From assembly GCA_050575255.1 (NCBI GenBank), contig JBNZDD010013683.1:2535928-2599927 (forward strand): DNA of 64,000 nucleotides. The letters run 5' to 3'. The translations under genes and the position numbers were made by a program. The stretch comes from Harriotta raleighana. Taxonomy: Eukaryota. The notes under the pieces are model-generated. The model was not told where the DNA came from. It ran no database searches and was given only the letters and a program-made list of their open reading frames with translations. Positions 34,502-48,650 of the stretch are shown here, one piece after another; within the stretch, counting starts at the first letter, position 1, and every line of letters begins with the position of its first letter.

Positions 34502-37500
34502 GATTGATTGATATTGGAAGTATTCTTGTTGGAATCTATGCAAATACATGGTTTTGTTTTCATTTTACGTAAAGACATATGTACTTGTGGAGATACACTC
34601 AGTTTATTGCTCGAACCGAATACCAATGAATGAATTTTTTTATAAAAATTCCGTCTGAGGAATTCTTCTCCAAATGAATTATAATTTAAAACATGACTAA
34701 TAAGTAATGTGCATCTCCAATATTTCTTTAATCTTAAATTTATCAAATAAACCTCTGCTCAGCCAGGCTCTGTTAATCATTTTTCTGTTTCAGTGCTACT
34801 TTATTCATGAATTTTCAAAGATCATCTCAGGAGACCAGTGTTTAAGTTCTGTTCCTGTGTCAGCACTATAAAAAAAATGGAAGTGCGTCACATAGATTCC
34901 CAAATCAATAAAATGCTGTAGGCTAGTAAGCATGTAGTCCCACAGAATTCAGTAACCAGTTTTGCTACATTTATAAATAGCATTCTTACATTTCATCAGT
35001 TGTGCCCACAAGTTTTTAGTTTGGCAGAAATTACAGACTGTTTGCTGCAGAACAAAAAATGAAGATAAATTGTGAGCTGTAACAAGAAAATGAAAAATCC
35101 ATCACATTTGTAGTTATTCAGTAAAGCATGATTTAAAAATAAATAAACAGAATAGTAAAATGGATGACAGAAAATGAATTAAAAACTTGACTATGGATGC
35201 TCATCGGTAAAGGAAACAGAAATATTTTTTTTCTCCTTGGTGATATATAAATATAATCTGTTGCTTGTCTGATTAAAGTAATTCCCAGTTTGTTTTCTTG
35301 GTGTAGTGAAGAGTTTTTCACTTGTAAATCGTGGGGAAGATTTTGAGATTGAATTCAATCCCCTCTTTCCACACACAGGGTTTGTAGGTGTTGTAACTGT
35401 TTTATATGCAGAAAACACCTGATAAATTGATTCTGGCTTAACTTGTCACTACCACTTAAGTCATCATGCTGTCAATATCCTGGCAGCATTTATTTATGTG
35501 TTTAGTCATATGCCTAACTGGCCACCATGGGTAACTTGTCACTGAATACTTTTTGAGGTATTTGAGGTTTACAGTAATATACAAATGGAAATTGCTATAA
35601 TCCCTAAAGCATTGCGGTGGCTTCATTTGGATGGGTAGAATGGCTCACATAACATTTACCAGAATCATTTTCTAATTGTGAATCTTGACTCACGAAGGTG
35701 TCTCATCTTGGAAAGTGTAGCGTTTCTCCATTGAACTTTGCGATCGGTTGTTAGGAGTGAGATTCAAGCCGCGCAGTGAACCCGCAATCGCTTCATTTCC
35801 GTCGTTTTAGATCCTTCCACCTGCATGTCAATTCCGCTGGCCATTTCGGGTTTGTCATCGCCCACCCCCTGTTAAATCAACGCTGATACCCCATCTCTTT
35901 GCGCTCGAATGCCAACATTCCACGAACATTCTTGCCATTCTAGTGGGATAGTGGGTGATAAATAAGCAGCTGGTGTCTACCCCTAAAGCCTATGAATGGC
36001 AGCCATTTAAAACCCAGGCTTCGTGCCACCTAATCACGTCTTCTTGGGCATCGTTTCTTTTCTCTACTCTCCTACTCTTTTCAACGTTGGTGCTGGGTTG
36101 CAGGAGGGGTTTGACTGGCCATTCAACTGGACCGCTCGATGAAAAATAAAGGAGGGAAGGTTGCAGTTTTGAACTTTTGTTTGCTCTTTGCTGCTCGGAA
36201 GAGGGCAAAGTGCAAATTCAAATTCTTGGCAGTGCAGTGAGTAGCAGCTACCTGATCCACAGTGTCCCAGAATTCATTTGCTTTTCTGGGTATAGTGTAC
36301 ATAACCTCCGTTGACCAAGTGATGAAGTACATGGCTGTTATTACTCGCGTTGCTGATCAATCTAGTTGGGATCCAAAGAATATGTTTTAGAGCAGTCAAT
36401 ATGCAATAGCTGCACATCACTGGTTAAGCCTTTAAGGACAACATTAGCATTTTGATCCATGATTTTTGTTTTACAAGATTATGTTTTACACTTTTTTCAA
36501 ACCATCATCCAAACCTCAAAATGCCTTGCATTTCTATCAATTCTAATCTGTATAAAAATAACTGAACTAGAATCCAGAGGAATTATTGAAGCACTTTGAC
36601 ACATCTAGAAAACGTGAAAAGCGCTATATCAAATGTAAGGATTATTATTATTGCTATTATTATTACAGTATCAGTTATTGTAACACATTTTTCCATTAGT
36701 TACAATGGGTTTACTTTATTTAAATAAAAAATTGTTCAAGCAAAGTGATTTTGTAGACTTATTTCAATCATTAAAGTAGAACTGTATTTTTACAATGTTT
36801 TCCAAATTAGTTTGGTGACATGTGACCATTTATAATCATGTTATGGCATGTAATGGGCATGTAGGACTTCTTGAAGAAAGGGAAAAGCTTATCTTGTGTT
36901 GGCTGGATTCTCTTCTCAGTGCTGCAAACTGAAATGTCAAATCTGTTCTAAGTGCTAGAGACAGGAGTGAATTAGAACCCACGCTCATTGCTTTTATTGT
37001 TCAATTGGATTTTACCTTGTATAAAATGATTTTAGTCAGGATTTTCCAAGGATGATTGTTGTTTCACCACTTGTTTATCGAAATAAAGTACACCTTCAAG
37101 CTTTGTTAATAAATTGCTATCTGCACACATTTGTTTCTGTTTTTCTAGTAATTTGGAGGGCAATCTGATCAGTATTTCAATGACACATCAGTAAATACTT
37201 GAATTAATAGTTAATAGAACATCTCCACTGAGAATCAACTATTGTTTTGCTCATAGCTGTTCAGTACCTGCTTACACAGGCCCACTGAGGGACATCAAAT
37301 AAGGTTGGACAATTCATTTTGTTTCCTGCAAATATTTAATTAAAAAAGAATCTATTTGTAAGGAAATTACAGGGAAGCATATTATGAGCTTGTGGTTGAG
37401 CAACACTAAACAAAGGCACTGCAGTATGTAATTCTATAGATTCAACACTGAATTCAGAATACAGCACCAAAAGGCGAATACATTAAAGCGACACGGAGCC

Positions 37501-37519
37501 GGAAACAAGCAGGCTGAAG

Positions 37520-37720
37520 CAAAACTCAATGACAAAACTAATTGATGTTATCGAAGTATAAAAATATGGGAAAGTTAAGTAAAGTCAGTCTACGAATGCG
37601 AAGGAAAACTAAGAAAACAGCACCAGTGAGCATACATGGGAAAGTAAATTTGGAACAGATGTGAGGGAAACATCTTTACTTAAAGAGTTACAAATGTTTG
37701 GAAAAATTACTGTGCGACAC
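37520..37720 (+). mobile_element. CR1 LINE 3' fragment
   Basis: Decayed IEVYK and KFGTDVR...RVTNVWKNY motifs of the CR1 ORF2 end. Confidence 0.6.
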
Positions 37721-39679
37721 GCTCTGAACAGAAAATGTCATAAGTTCAACACTTTGTATACAGAGATGCACTCCAGCGCTTGATTGAAACTGACACCACA
37801 CTTCTCCTCTGAGCTTATTAATAACAATCTTTTCATTTGATAATAGCATTGTATCACATCTTCAACTGGATGAGAGGTCTACTGCTCTAGTGAGGAGGCA
37901 AGTTTTGATGGTTGGGGGAGATGGGGACTTGTGAGATGGTGGATGGGACGGGTTGGTGGGGAGGCAATGAGGCATCTGAAAACCTTAGTACCTTATGTAT
38001 GGACCATCCTGTGTCGATTAACCAAGGTAGGAATAATCAAAGGTCTTCATCATTTAGGGGCTTTCAAAAGATCTCTAATTCTTTAGCAATTAGAAATCTT
38101 TAGCTAGCTCTTTAGCAATTCAGATATCACAAAATGAATGTTGATGATTTCCATTCCAATCTTATCCATTTCAATCTTATTCCATTCCAATCTGATCTAT
38201 TGATCTATATCAAGTATTGATCTATATGAATTATGATGCATCAAGGTTCTGATGGGGCTTTCCCTTGAAGTCCAACATTTGCCAATGTATTTGGCTTCTA
38301 CTTATCCACCATTAGTATTTCCCCCCCACTCAGAGAAATGTTTCAGCCTATAAGAGTTGCTCCTGTGTTGTCAAAGTGGACAATTAAGATACGTGATGAA
38401 TTGTTTACCATTAGCGGAGATTTCAGACGCCAAAACGTGAAAGATGTTTGGCTGGAAATTGTTCATTTGAAAGCTTTGAGTAACCATGTGTTTTAAACCA
38501 CCCACCATGATATGTGCTTGATATGGGATTATGTCTGACATTTTTGGGACATCAGCACTCTCCAGGGGCCCTACAACTTTTTTTTGTTGTTGAGATGTTT
38601 CTCATTCAAAATGATAATAATTAGCCCAGCCTTGAAGGCAAATTGTACACTTGGAGTTAATCAATCTGTCTTGGTAGAATAGTTCCCCAAAATATCGTAC
38701 AATTGAAGCATGTCCTTAAGCAATTGCAAAGAATGTTATAATGGGGGATTCTAATGCGTACGCATGAAATGAAGACAGCAAATGATATTTAACTGTTAAC
38801 ATTTACCATGCCATAAATAAGCTTGTCAAGCAGATCCATACAGCTATAGAATCACGTATTACTATTATGTTCTTCTAATCTTGGAGTGACATCTTTATGG
38901 TGCTCTGGTGTTTTTTTTTAACTACGTTCATGTGTTCAAAGTATGCCAAGGTCTCGACCAGCTGGAACAAATAAAGGTTCTGTATACATTGGTTTGGTAG
39001 CCCAGAATAATATAATTCATGCTTTAAGAGTTCTTAGCGTGTGAATACTTTTGTGTTTCTTTGCTGGCCTGGGATGGCCGAGGAAAGAAATAGCTGTTGA
39101 CTGGATTATTCTCCCCTTTGTTTCTTATCTCGGGAGCAAAGCGTGGCTCATATCAAATGCACTTTGTGACTTTGTGCATTTCATTGTTCATTTCTGAACC
39201 TGATCTCAAAGGCATTCCCTCGGATACAAGTGAGGCATGTCTATTCTGAAAGTACGTAAATTGTTAGCGCACATGCTTACATAACATATTCAAATACTTT
39301 CCACACATGTCATGAAAGTGCATCAATTGGATGAAATTCTCTCCCATTCATTTGTGATGCAAAGGGACTTCTGACCAACATGGCTTGGAATCGAGTTGAG
39401 ATGATCAGGCTGACGGGCCATCTGTATGATATGAAAAATCACACTTGAAAGCGAACAACTTTTAACGTACTTCTAATCATGTTGCTGTACTACATTTTGA
39501 TGCTGCCTTATTTTCTGGAATGATGGGATTAGCACCTGATTTGTTACACCTATTGCATAATAATATTAAATAATAATCATATTATATTATTATTATCTTT
39601 TGCATCAAACCTCTTAGTGAATACTTAATGACTATTTGATTTACATAATGCAAGAGGTGGGATGGCAAAAAACCCTAGC

Positions 39680-39796
39680 TTGAAGAGAATAGAGGGTTAG
39701 AGGAGACGGGTTTGAGGATGGTGGGCTATAAAGAGCAACACAAAGTAGTTGGGCTGAGTGCCCTGTTTCCTTGCTGTAATGTTCTTTGTAATTCTA
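39680..39796 (+). mobile_element. CR1 3' terminus
   Basis: TTGGGCTGAGTGCCCTGTTTCCTTGCTGTAATGTTCTTTGTAATTCTA, typical CR1 stem and tail. Confidence 0.65.
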
Positions 39797-42700
39797 CATA
39801 TTGTGGGAGAAAGATGTGCAAGAGTGAGCCATCAAGCTAACATAACTCATGCGTCAATTTCCTTTTCAAAACATAAACTTAGAAAAGCCAATGAACATTC
39901 ATTTAGATGCTACAAAATATGCTATCTACCAATATCCGTATGTGATTGTTTTAGTAGTCTAAAGCCTAGTGTATGAAGTTCATTTTGACTCAAACTGTCA
40001 AGGTTGTTATTCATAGGCTTTTATGAAGTGAAAAATTAGTGTTGCAGTCTGTGCATTTCTGACATCAGCTACTGTGTGCATCCACCCATATTCTCCCAAA
40101 CTAAGTCTGAGTCAATAATCTATCCTTATAGACTATAGATTTTTTAACAAAACAATACACAGGTCACAATTTTACAGGCTAAATCAAAAACAGGTGCATA
40201 TTCTGAACAGACATTACAGTATATGGTTTCTGGCTGCACAACACAAGTTATTTTAGACAATCCATTACCAATCAAATTCCTTACATAATAGTTTAAAGAT
40301 GATAGAGGAATTCATTCACTGGAAATAAAAGGGAAAAGGACAAGATCCCCAAACAATCCAGTGGACAAACCGATGACTTTATTGTGATTTGTTTGCTCAG
40401 GAAAAATTCAACTGATTGGAATTCTTTTGTATAAAAGAAAGCTTCAGATTGTGCATAATCTTTTACAGTATAATTTGTCATAATGTGTGGGAAACAAAAG
40501 TGCATGTGAATTGTAATACTGTAGATATAATGTTGGGCAGTGGTTAAGTATGCGTATGACACACATACATAAATGTACCAAATATCTTTGAACTTTTTGG
40601 GGCTTGTTTTGTTCCACGTGCTAAAGCATTCGTAATAACACTCTTTGCATTTGCTACAGCGCCTCATCCTCTTGTTGAAATGTATCAAATGGCGTTACAG
40701 AATATATTGTAAAGTCACTGGATATGAACTGTGTATTCTGTGAGCAAAGTCTCCCCCATTGAATTGCCATGGGGTTGGGTGGGTCATTTGGCACATATCA
40801 AAAGGTGTCAATTTCAGCAGGTTATACACAGAATAACTCTGTGGCTCACTGCAAGCAGAGCACAGTGCTGTTCGTGAAGGATCAGCAGGGGAGGTGCTGG
40901 AGTTGTAGTGAGGTGTTGAAATGTCCAACGAGAAACACCTGTTGCAGAAGCAGCATGAGAGGTAGGTAAGTCACTGATAACCTAAACATTGAATAGTTGT
41001 CTTGTTGGTAAATGGGATTTCGTGAACAAATCACACTCTTTCAACTGCATGAGTGTTCTACCCCTGATCATTCCTTGTTTGTGTGCTCTGTTCCTGATGT
41101 CAGGACAGCCACAAGATATTTTGATGTTCAGGAGTTGTTTCAGGGAGAAGGAGTCTCCAATTCTGAAGCTACCTTTCTACTGGTTATGTAGGGAAGGCAT
41201 AACTGCAAACCTACCAGCAACTAATAGCCACATTGAGGAACATTGCACCATAAATCCACTTGTACATCTAAACTTATAATGCCACTATCCAAACCCCAAT
41301 CCTCCAGCACCACTAATTTTCCAGAGTTTTTTTCCATTAGTGTTTTATCACTTGAGTGGAGTCCATAAATATTCACCTGTCTGTTAGCTTTTCCAGCTGA
41401 TAATGCAATGTGGAGAGTACAGGATCACCAGCACTTTTAGTCACCCTCTGTTCTTAGTTTAACGGTGGGAGTTGTTGCTACAGAAGGTTTAGTTTAACTC
41501 TGGTTACTGGAAACTTCCGTATTCAGTTGCTGAGATATAGAACTTCAGTAATACTGTTACGTCGCGTCTGTGGATCTGATTCTAGCAAGAGAACAACAAC
41601 TTGCATTTATTTATATAGTGGTCTTAACATAGGACAGTTTCCCAGAGCACTTGGAAGAGAAGCACAGAATCCATTGATCTATTATCCGGTTAACTGCACC
41701 ATTTAGGTATTCTGGCTAAAAGAAAACTGTTGTCTTATATTATTGTTTCACTGTCGTGCTCAACTAACTCTGGATGTTGTGCACAAAATGGTGAAGTTAA
41801 AACCCGATTTATCCTGCTGCTGGAAGCAATACAACATCGCTTCAAGCATTGGAGTGATTCATAGTGAGTTTGTTTCCTGTTCCTAATCTCTCTCACTGGG
41901 GAATGTGTGTGCAGAGCCCTGCTAATGGTGTTAGTGCTTTTTTTAAAAAAAACACAGTTAAATGTAATATCAGTAACATTAACACCTGACCCTGACCTAC
42001 ATTCTTGGTATCGAGGATGCAATGGTGCATAAGGCCCTTTTTGGATTTTCAGCTGTTTGCCTAGGACTTTTGCAAAAGGTTCGTTAGCAATAAAGTCACT
42101 GCAAAAAGCGTAGTGACTGTAAAGTGACCGTCAGACTCTGTTGAACTCTCTGTGGCATACACAGAGGCAATACCCGACTGCTTAAAAGGGATTGACTCAA
42201 GAAAATGTGTATACAATCTCTGAGCAGTGAGGAAATGTACCATTGTAAAAAATAAATAAATAAATTGTACCCGGGGAAAGGAAAAATGGAAAAGAAAGAT
42301 ATTGTACGTTGTATTTGTTTTGTATTTCTGTTGTACAAAATGGTATATTTATAAATAAATATATATTTTCCAAAAACAAAGTGCCTTGTTAAGAGCTTTG
42401 AGACAACCTCCTGATGTGAAAAGTGCTACATGAATGTTTTCCATCCTCCAGTGTCTGCTTTAGTGTGCAAGCTTTGTTATTATCCCAATTAGGTGTTTTC
42501 AGAAGGTTTTATTCATGGAGAATGCATATTCGCATTGTAAGTAACTTATCGTTTCTGAAGAATGAATGTGGACCAAATTGCACCATGTCTTATTTGAAAA
42601 ATGATCGATCATTTTACTTGGTACCCAAACTAGTGTACGAAAATCAGATTGCTAAAAGATAGCTTTTGCCTTGTCAAATCAGTTCGTTCTCTTGCACAAA

Positions 42701-45700
42701 CATTGCCACAAACAGTGCTTGAGCCAGCAAATCCATGAGGGAAGCGTTATATGCCGCCTGTCTCTTTAAGAACAAGTCATGGTACTCAATATCACGATTT
42801 CCCTTCCCTCGCTCTATATATCACCCCAATGCCATCTGTCAGTTCATTTTTGTTCATCTTTGGCATCAGTTGCTCTGCTCTCGTAAGTGAGAGAGAAAAA
42901 ATATCCAAAGAGTATCAGATCCATTCTTGGCCTATGGACAGGAATTTTCCTTAAGTTCCAACATATTTTTCTAGTTTTCCTAATGTGGCAAAATAACCTG
43001 AAAGGATTTTAAAAAATTGACGATAGTTGGAATCAGTTGTTTTTGTGATAGACCGAGGTTTACCACTACCTCGGCCATTTTCCATTCATTTCGCAACTTT
43101 GCACGGATCAACTTTGGTCTAAACTTCCAAAGCAAAAGCCCAAGCCATGAAACAAAAGCTTGAGAGCCTCAGTAATGTGCCCAGTTGCTGCAAATTCATC
43201 CAAGTAATTTCCTTGTGTCCATCCTGCTTCTGTTTTTCTCTCACAGGAGGCAAACTTATTCAAACATCATGTTAAGAAGATTACACTTGAAACAATTCTT
43301 TTTGGCTGAACTTAGTTTTGAGGGTTTTCTCTTGTTTTTTCCACCTGGTAAACAGATGCAGAAAACATGCTCTCAACTCAGAGGTTTCTGCTCACTAGTT
43401 CAGTGAAATGTAATAATTATTCATAATAATAATCCCCCATCTCTTTGTTCCAGTGAGATTTATTTCCTTCCTCAAACACAACAGTCAAAAAGATTGGTTT
43501 ATTTTCGACTTGTCAAACAACCCAGAGCGTGAATGTCAGTAGAGACTGTGCTCTGAATTCATGGGTTCCTCCCAGCATTTGAACTGCTCTACAAATACGA
43601 TTAAAAAGAAAATCCATTGTAGGGGTAGGCAATGTTGCAGAGATAGAGGAAAGTGTACTTATTCAGAGCCCAGACGAAACGTTTAAAGGAGAGCCAAAAA
43701 GCCAAGATTCTGAACAGGCTCGATCTTCGCAGTTGCCTGAAGTGAGAATGCATAACATTACTCTCTGTTCTAGATCTTTCCCATCAATGGTTAGGAGTGT
43801 GAAACGGGTCTCCAAGAGTGTTGCTGTTTCATTCTGTCTGTTCATGCTGATTCCAGGCATGTTCTCGTATGCTTTCAAAAGGTGTTTTGGACTCCACTGT
43901 CTCTTTACCAGGAAGTAATGGCTGTTGATCAAACAATACCTTTTCTTCCCCATGTCCTGCTCATGTATCAGCAAAGCAGCTTATTTGTACTGATGAATGG
44001 CTGTATAATGAGCTGTGAAGAGAATTATGTTTGACCAGGGTGGAAAGCAAATTAGTTGGGAGGATTGTTAACTGTGACTGGGAAAATAGCCAAGGGTTTC
44101 TCCAGTGAGGAAGCTGGTATTGTCAGGAGGGAAATCTGGATTATCCCTGTAATTACAGTAGTATATTTCTGTTTATATTCAAAATAAAGCTTCAATTTCT
44201 TTAGCAAAATAATGTAAATAGTCAGGTTCAAATATGGGAAGACAATCGATTTGTTTCCAATTTGGAAATTAAGGCTAATTTTACGACTGAAAATATGAGA
44301 TTTTCTACCGATTGAGGAAAATCGTGATCCCAAAAGCCGTCAGAAGACATTTTGCTGCCAGCACTTTACTTTCCAACATTTCGTTGGACTTTTGTCAGCT
44401 GAGAAACGCCCCGAAAACACAAACCTCGACTATGATCGCAAAGCCGCTATTAAATAGTGCACTGACGTTCGCTTTCCATAAACCATCACCTACAAATTGC
44501 ACTTTGCAGTATATCCCGTGAAGCACTTTGTGACATCCTCCCAACATGAAACTCACTGGACCAAGTGTAAGGATTACTTTATATTGACAAAAACGTTCGC
44601 TTGTTTTCAATCCCAAATGAATGACCAAAGTATCATATAACCATGGAGAGTACAGAATCTGCCTTTTGGTGGCTATCCCAGTTTCTGTGGGAAGTTAGCA
44701 TATGGATCTGATTTCAGATTTTATAGCTGGCATGAAAATACTGATGCTACAAATTGACATTGAAGCACATTAGAGTGTTGGCGTCATTAGCACCATAACT
44801 GGTATTTCTTTTTTTAAGTCAACAGAACACCAATTTTGTGACAACTTGAATTAGAGTGTTTGCTGGCATTTTGCCACTGAATTTGCTTACAACTCCGATA
44901 ACTGCTAGTTTATCAAGATTACAAGATATCTGGAACATTTGTAATGTATTTATTATCATGGTGCGAATTTGGTTGACGTAGATAACAAAATTAAACACTG
45001 TTTCACATTTCTCACATGATGTAAGCCTCAAATATCTGCAGAAAAAAAATCTGCTCAGTCCCCAGTTATTTGAAAGATAGTCAAGCATGAATAAACCCAG
45101 GAAGAATAATAATAATCAGCATAATACTTATATTTGATATAGGGCTTAACACGATTTCGAGACATCTCAAGGTATGATACCTGAATCCATGCATCTATTG
45201 TGTCTTGCTGAGCATGCTTAAAATGCAATCCCGAAGTTCCTGAAAGACATGGGAAAGACATGTCTCCTGAAAGACATTTCAATCTATCATTGAAATACCC
45301 ATAATCATCTATTATTGCAGCTAGGTGTTAATAATTACAAAATTACTTTCTGGTGTACTCCCAATGTGAGCAAGGCTACAGATGCAGCCTGTTGAAATTT
45401 TATTACATGCAGTCATTATTTTTCTCCCAACAAAAGCACCACGAGTGCAAAAAGGTGTTTTTATTTATATAGCAGCATGGCAACTCAGCGTGAGAGTTTC
45501 AAGGTGGAGGAGGCAAGATGTGAGCGATCACAAGATTGACAGCTTGGCGAGTCCCTGATCTCACCTGTACCGTCATAGGGAGGCGGAGAGTGAAAGCCCT
45601 GCCATTCCCAACAAAGTGGGGAAAAGCTACTGCTCAGGGTCCCAAACTGTAACTCGGATGCAAAACCATCATTGCCCAGCACCTTGGGACATCCTTCCAA

Positions 45701-48532
45701 TGCTAAAGGCACTGAATAAATATAATTTGTTGTTCTTGTTGTTGGGGAGTCTGAGAACAAGTTATGAAAGAAGAACTTACGTTTTGATCATTCCTTCCAG
45801 TAAAGAGATAATCACATGCTTTTTCTGTTCTTCAGACAATCCAAAAATTATTTGAAAGTGTGATAGAGAAGAAATTCACATGCATTTAAGTGTTACTTTT
45901 CCAATTGTGCCTCGGAGGAGATTTTCTCTCAGAGGGCAACGATAGGATAAAACAGCAGCTAAAAATGTTAGCAAAAATTGGGAAATTTTTAAAACTGTGT
46001 TCAATCTATCAGAACGACTAAAAAGAAGAGAAGCAGTGAAAGGTTTCGTTTGACGTGAAAGGCATCATGTAAATGTGCTGCACAAATTGTTATTAATGCA
46101 GGAAACTAATCATAGCAGCATTCCATACAAAGTGGTACTAGCCTTGATTTACTGTCCTTGTGGGCAACACAATTCTATGGTGCATTATGTTTCACAGCAA
46201 AATAGAAATTGCTCATAAAACAAACAATAAAACAACCTATTAGAGGCAGCGCGTGTATGGGCTGCTGGAGACAGGCTCAGAATTATGTAATCAAAATATA
46301 GGGTGTCACCATTCTGGGCTTCCATAATAAATAGGACAGCTCAGCTGTTTTTCATTTAAATTCATATCATTAAAAACAAAATATGCTCCCAGATCTTTGA
46401 CCCCAATGACGATAACAGGGCTTTATTTCTGAAAATCTTTTCTGGACGAATCTTTTGCGATCCGGAACCAAAAGGGAATGCTAATGTTGGTGATGCAAAA
46501 TGTTTCCATTTTAGGTACAGTCCGATCCAGAGCAAAGCTTCCTCCACTCTACTCCAGAGTGCCCTCACTCTAACGTGGCAAGAGTGCCTCCGTGCTTCGA
46601 ATTTGACCAGTTCACACATCAGCCAGCCTTCATGGCTCAGTAAGGGAACTTGCCAATTTTGAGCAATTTGTCCTAGAATGGATAAATGGGTTCAGATAGA
46701 TCAAATTTGTCTTGTGTCAACCACTCACAGCTTTCAGGAGAAAAAGGTTTTCATGATATGACCCTAGACCATTCAAATCGGGAGGATGTCTCGAAACACT
46801 TCACCGGAAATACTATAACGTAAAGTGACTGTATTTTGTAGGCAAATGCAGCTGCAAATCTGAGCACATCGTTGTTCCACAAACAGCTGTGAAGTGATTG
46901 ATCCAATTTATCTGGAGGATTGTTGGCCAATTAGTTAACTTCAGCGTGCAGCCAATGTTGTTTATCGTGAAATGGTGAAAGCACGGATGTTTTCATATGC
47001 AAACCAAGAGATGATAGCCCAATAGCAACAGTCAGCACAGCACACCTGTAAGGTGGCAAAGAATACAGAAACCAACAATCGTACTACAGAAATTCCCCCT
47101 GAATAAAAAAATCTTGGAATCATCTGTTTGAGGCAGTCAGGGTATTTGTTTCTCTGCCTCAAAAAACTCAGCGATTTCCACAGGAAAATAAAACTGACGA
47201 GTGAACATTAGAAAATCTAGTTTGCATCCATGTTTTCATATTGTAATAGTGCATACTCTAAAGGGCCATAGCAACAATGCACTAAAGGGCATCATTCTCT
47301 TACCGTATTACCTTAGTAAAACTAAAAAAAACGATTGAGGGGATCATCACCAAGGTTGGTATTAAAGTGCCATTTAATTCCTTTCAGTGTTACTTGTTTC
47401 CCTAATTGATTAGAAAAATGGAAACTTGTACGTGTGAAGGCCCCAGTCATTACTGCTGTGCAAGATTATCCCAGTGGCTAACAGCAGCTCAGCTGCAAAG
47501 GGCTTAGAGCATTTTTCCAGGAACTGGGGCTGCCTATAAATTTTCCATTAAGGCAATAACATATGTCTTAAAAGGTTCATGCTAATGCAGTGCTCTCTTG
47601 AAAATACAAAGAAATGATACCTTGACCAAAACAAACTTTGAGACATCTTGAAGACGTGATAAGGTGCTACAATATAATCAAACGCAAGAATGATTATTAT
47701 TATTTACCTGTTCCCAAATAAAGAGGCTTCTGCAGTTTCATAGGCAAGTGTATCGCCTTAAAAGGCACAAATGCTTGCTGCCCCTCCACCACACTCCACA
47801 TGTTGAGTCTGTTAATTTCATCCGCAAAATTTATACATTCTATATTACAGAATGTATCTTGGAAATATTATTGTGGTAAAAAATATTGTGGTGGAAAAAA
47901 AACATGCGACTCTTGATAGCCGAGGAGGGAAGAGAGCAAGCTATGTATAAAGCAAGCTTCCTAAAGCACGGAATCCTACAGTTAAACAATACCGAAAGAA
48001 GACGTTGCTAATGTCTCATTGCATCAAAGCATTTCTCCATTCCACATTATAATGTTTAGCTTGTAGTTGGCCCTGCTATGTATAGAGTGTAAGGAGGATG
48101 GTTGGGATTGTACATTAGAGTGACAGCTGAGTTCTTGGGTGGGAGGGAAATTATTCGAGTATCTAATGGTAACATGATAACTCCTTCAATGTAAACCTAC
48201 ACAACAACAACAACAAAAGCAAAATTACATTTTATAGAACTCCTACAGTAACTATTCCACAGTACTTTCTGTAATAGGTGCAGGACCATACAAAGTATTA
48301 CAACTGAGGCACAATTTACAACTTGGATGAATTTAATATCACTCGCTTGCTTTTGTATTCCAAGTTGTCTAGATCACTGAGACTAAGGTTTTGATTTGTC
48401 TGGTCTAAAGGACATTGGGTCAGGTTGTGTTTTGTTTTGTAACAATAACATTTTAGTTTAAAAGAAAGTTTCACATCCATAGCTACCCTCGGGGGGAAAA
48501 AAAGCAATAATAATTTGGTCATTTCAATCCAC

Positions 48533-48650
48533 GACTACTTGTGGGATACTGCTGTGTGCAATTGACTGCTGAGGTTCACCCACAAATATAGTCAATTCAC
48601 TTTACAGTGTATTCTGTGAAGCGCTATGAGGAATCTAGAAGATGTGACTG
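48533..48650 (+). mobile_element. SINE 3' half
   Basis: TTGTGGGATACTGCTGTGTGCAATTG...GTCAATTCACTTTACAGT...GTGAAGCGCT. Confidence 0.8.

Noticed and set aside
43053-43074. CCGAGGT-N8-ACCTCGG palindrome
   Set aside because: A 7-bp stem is expected by chance in 64 kb.
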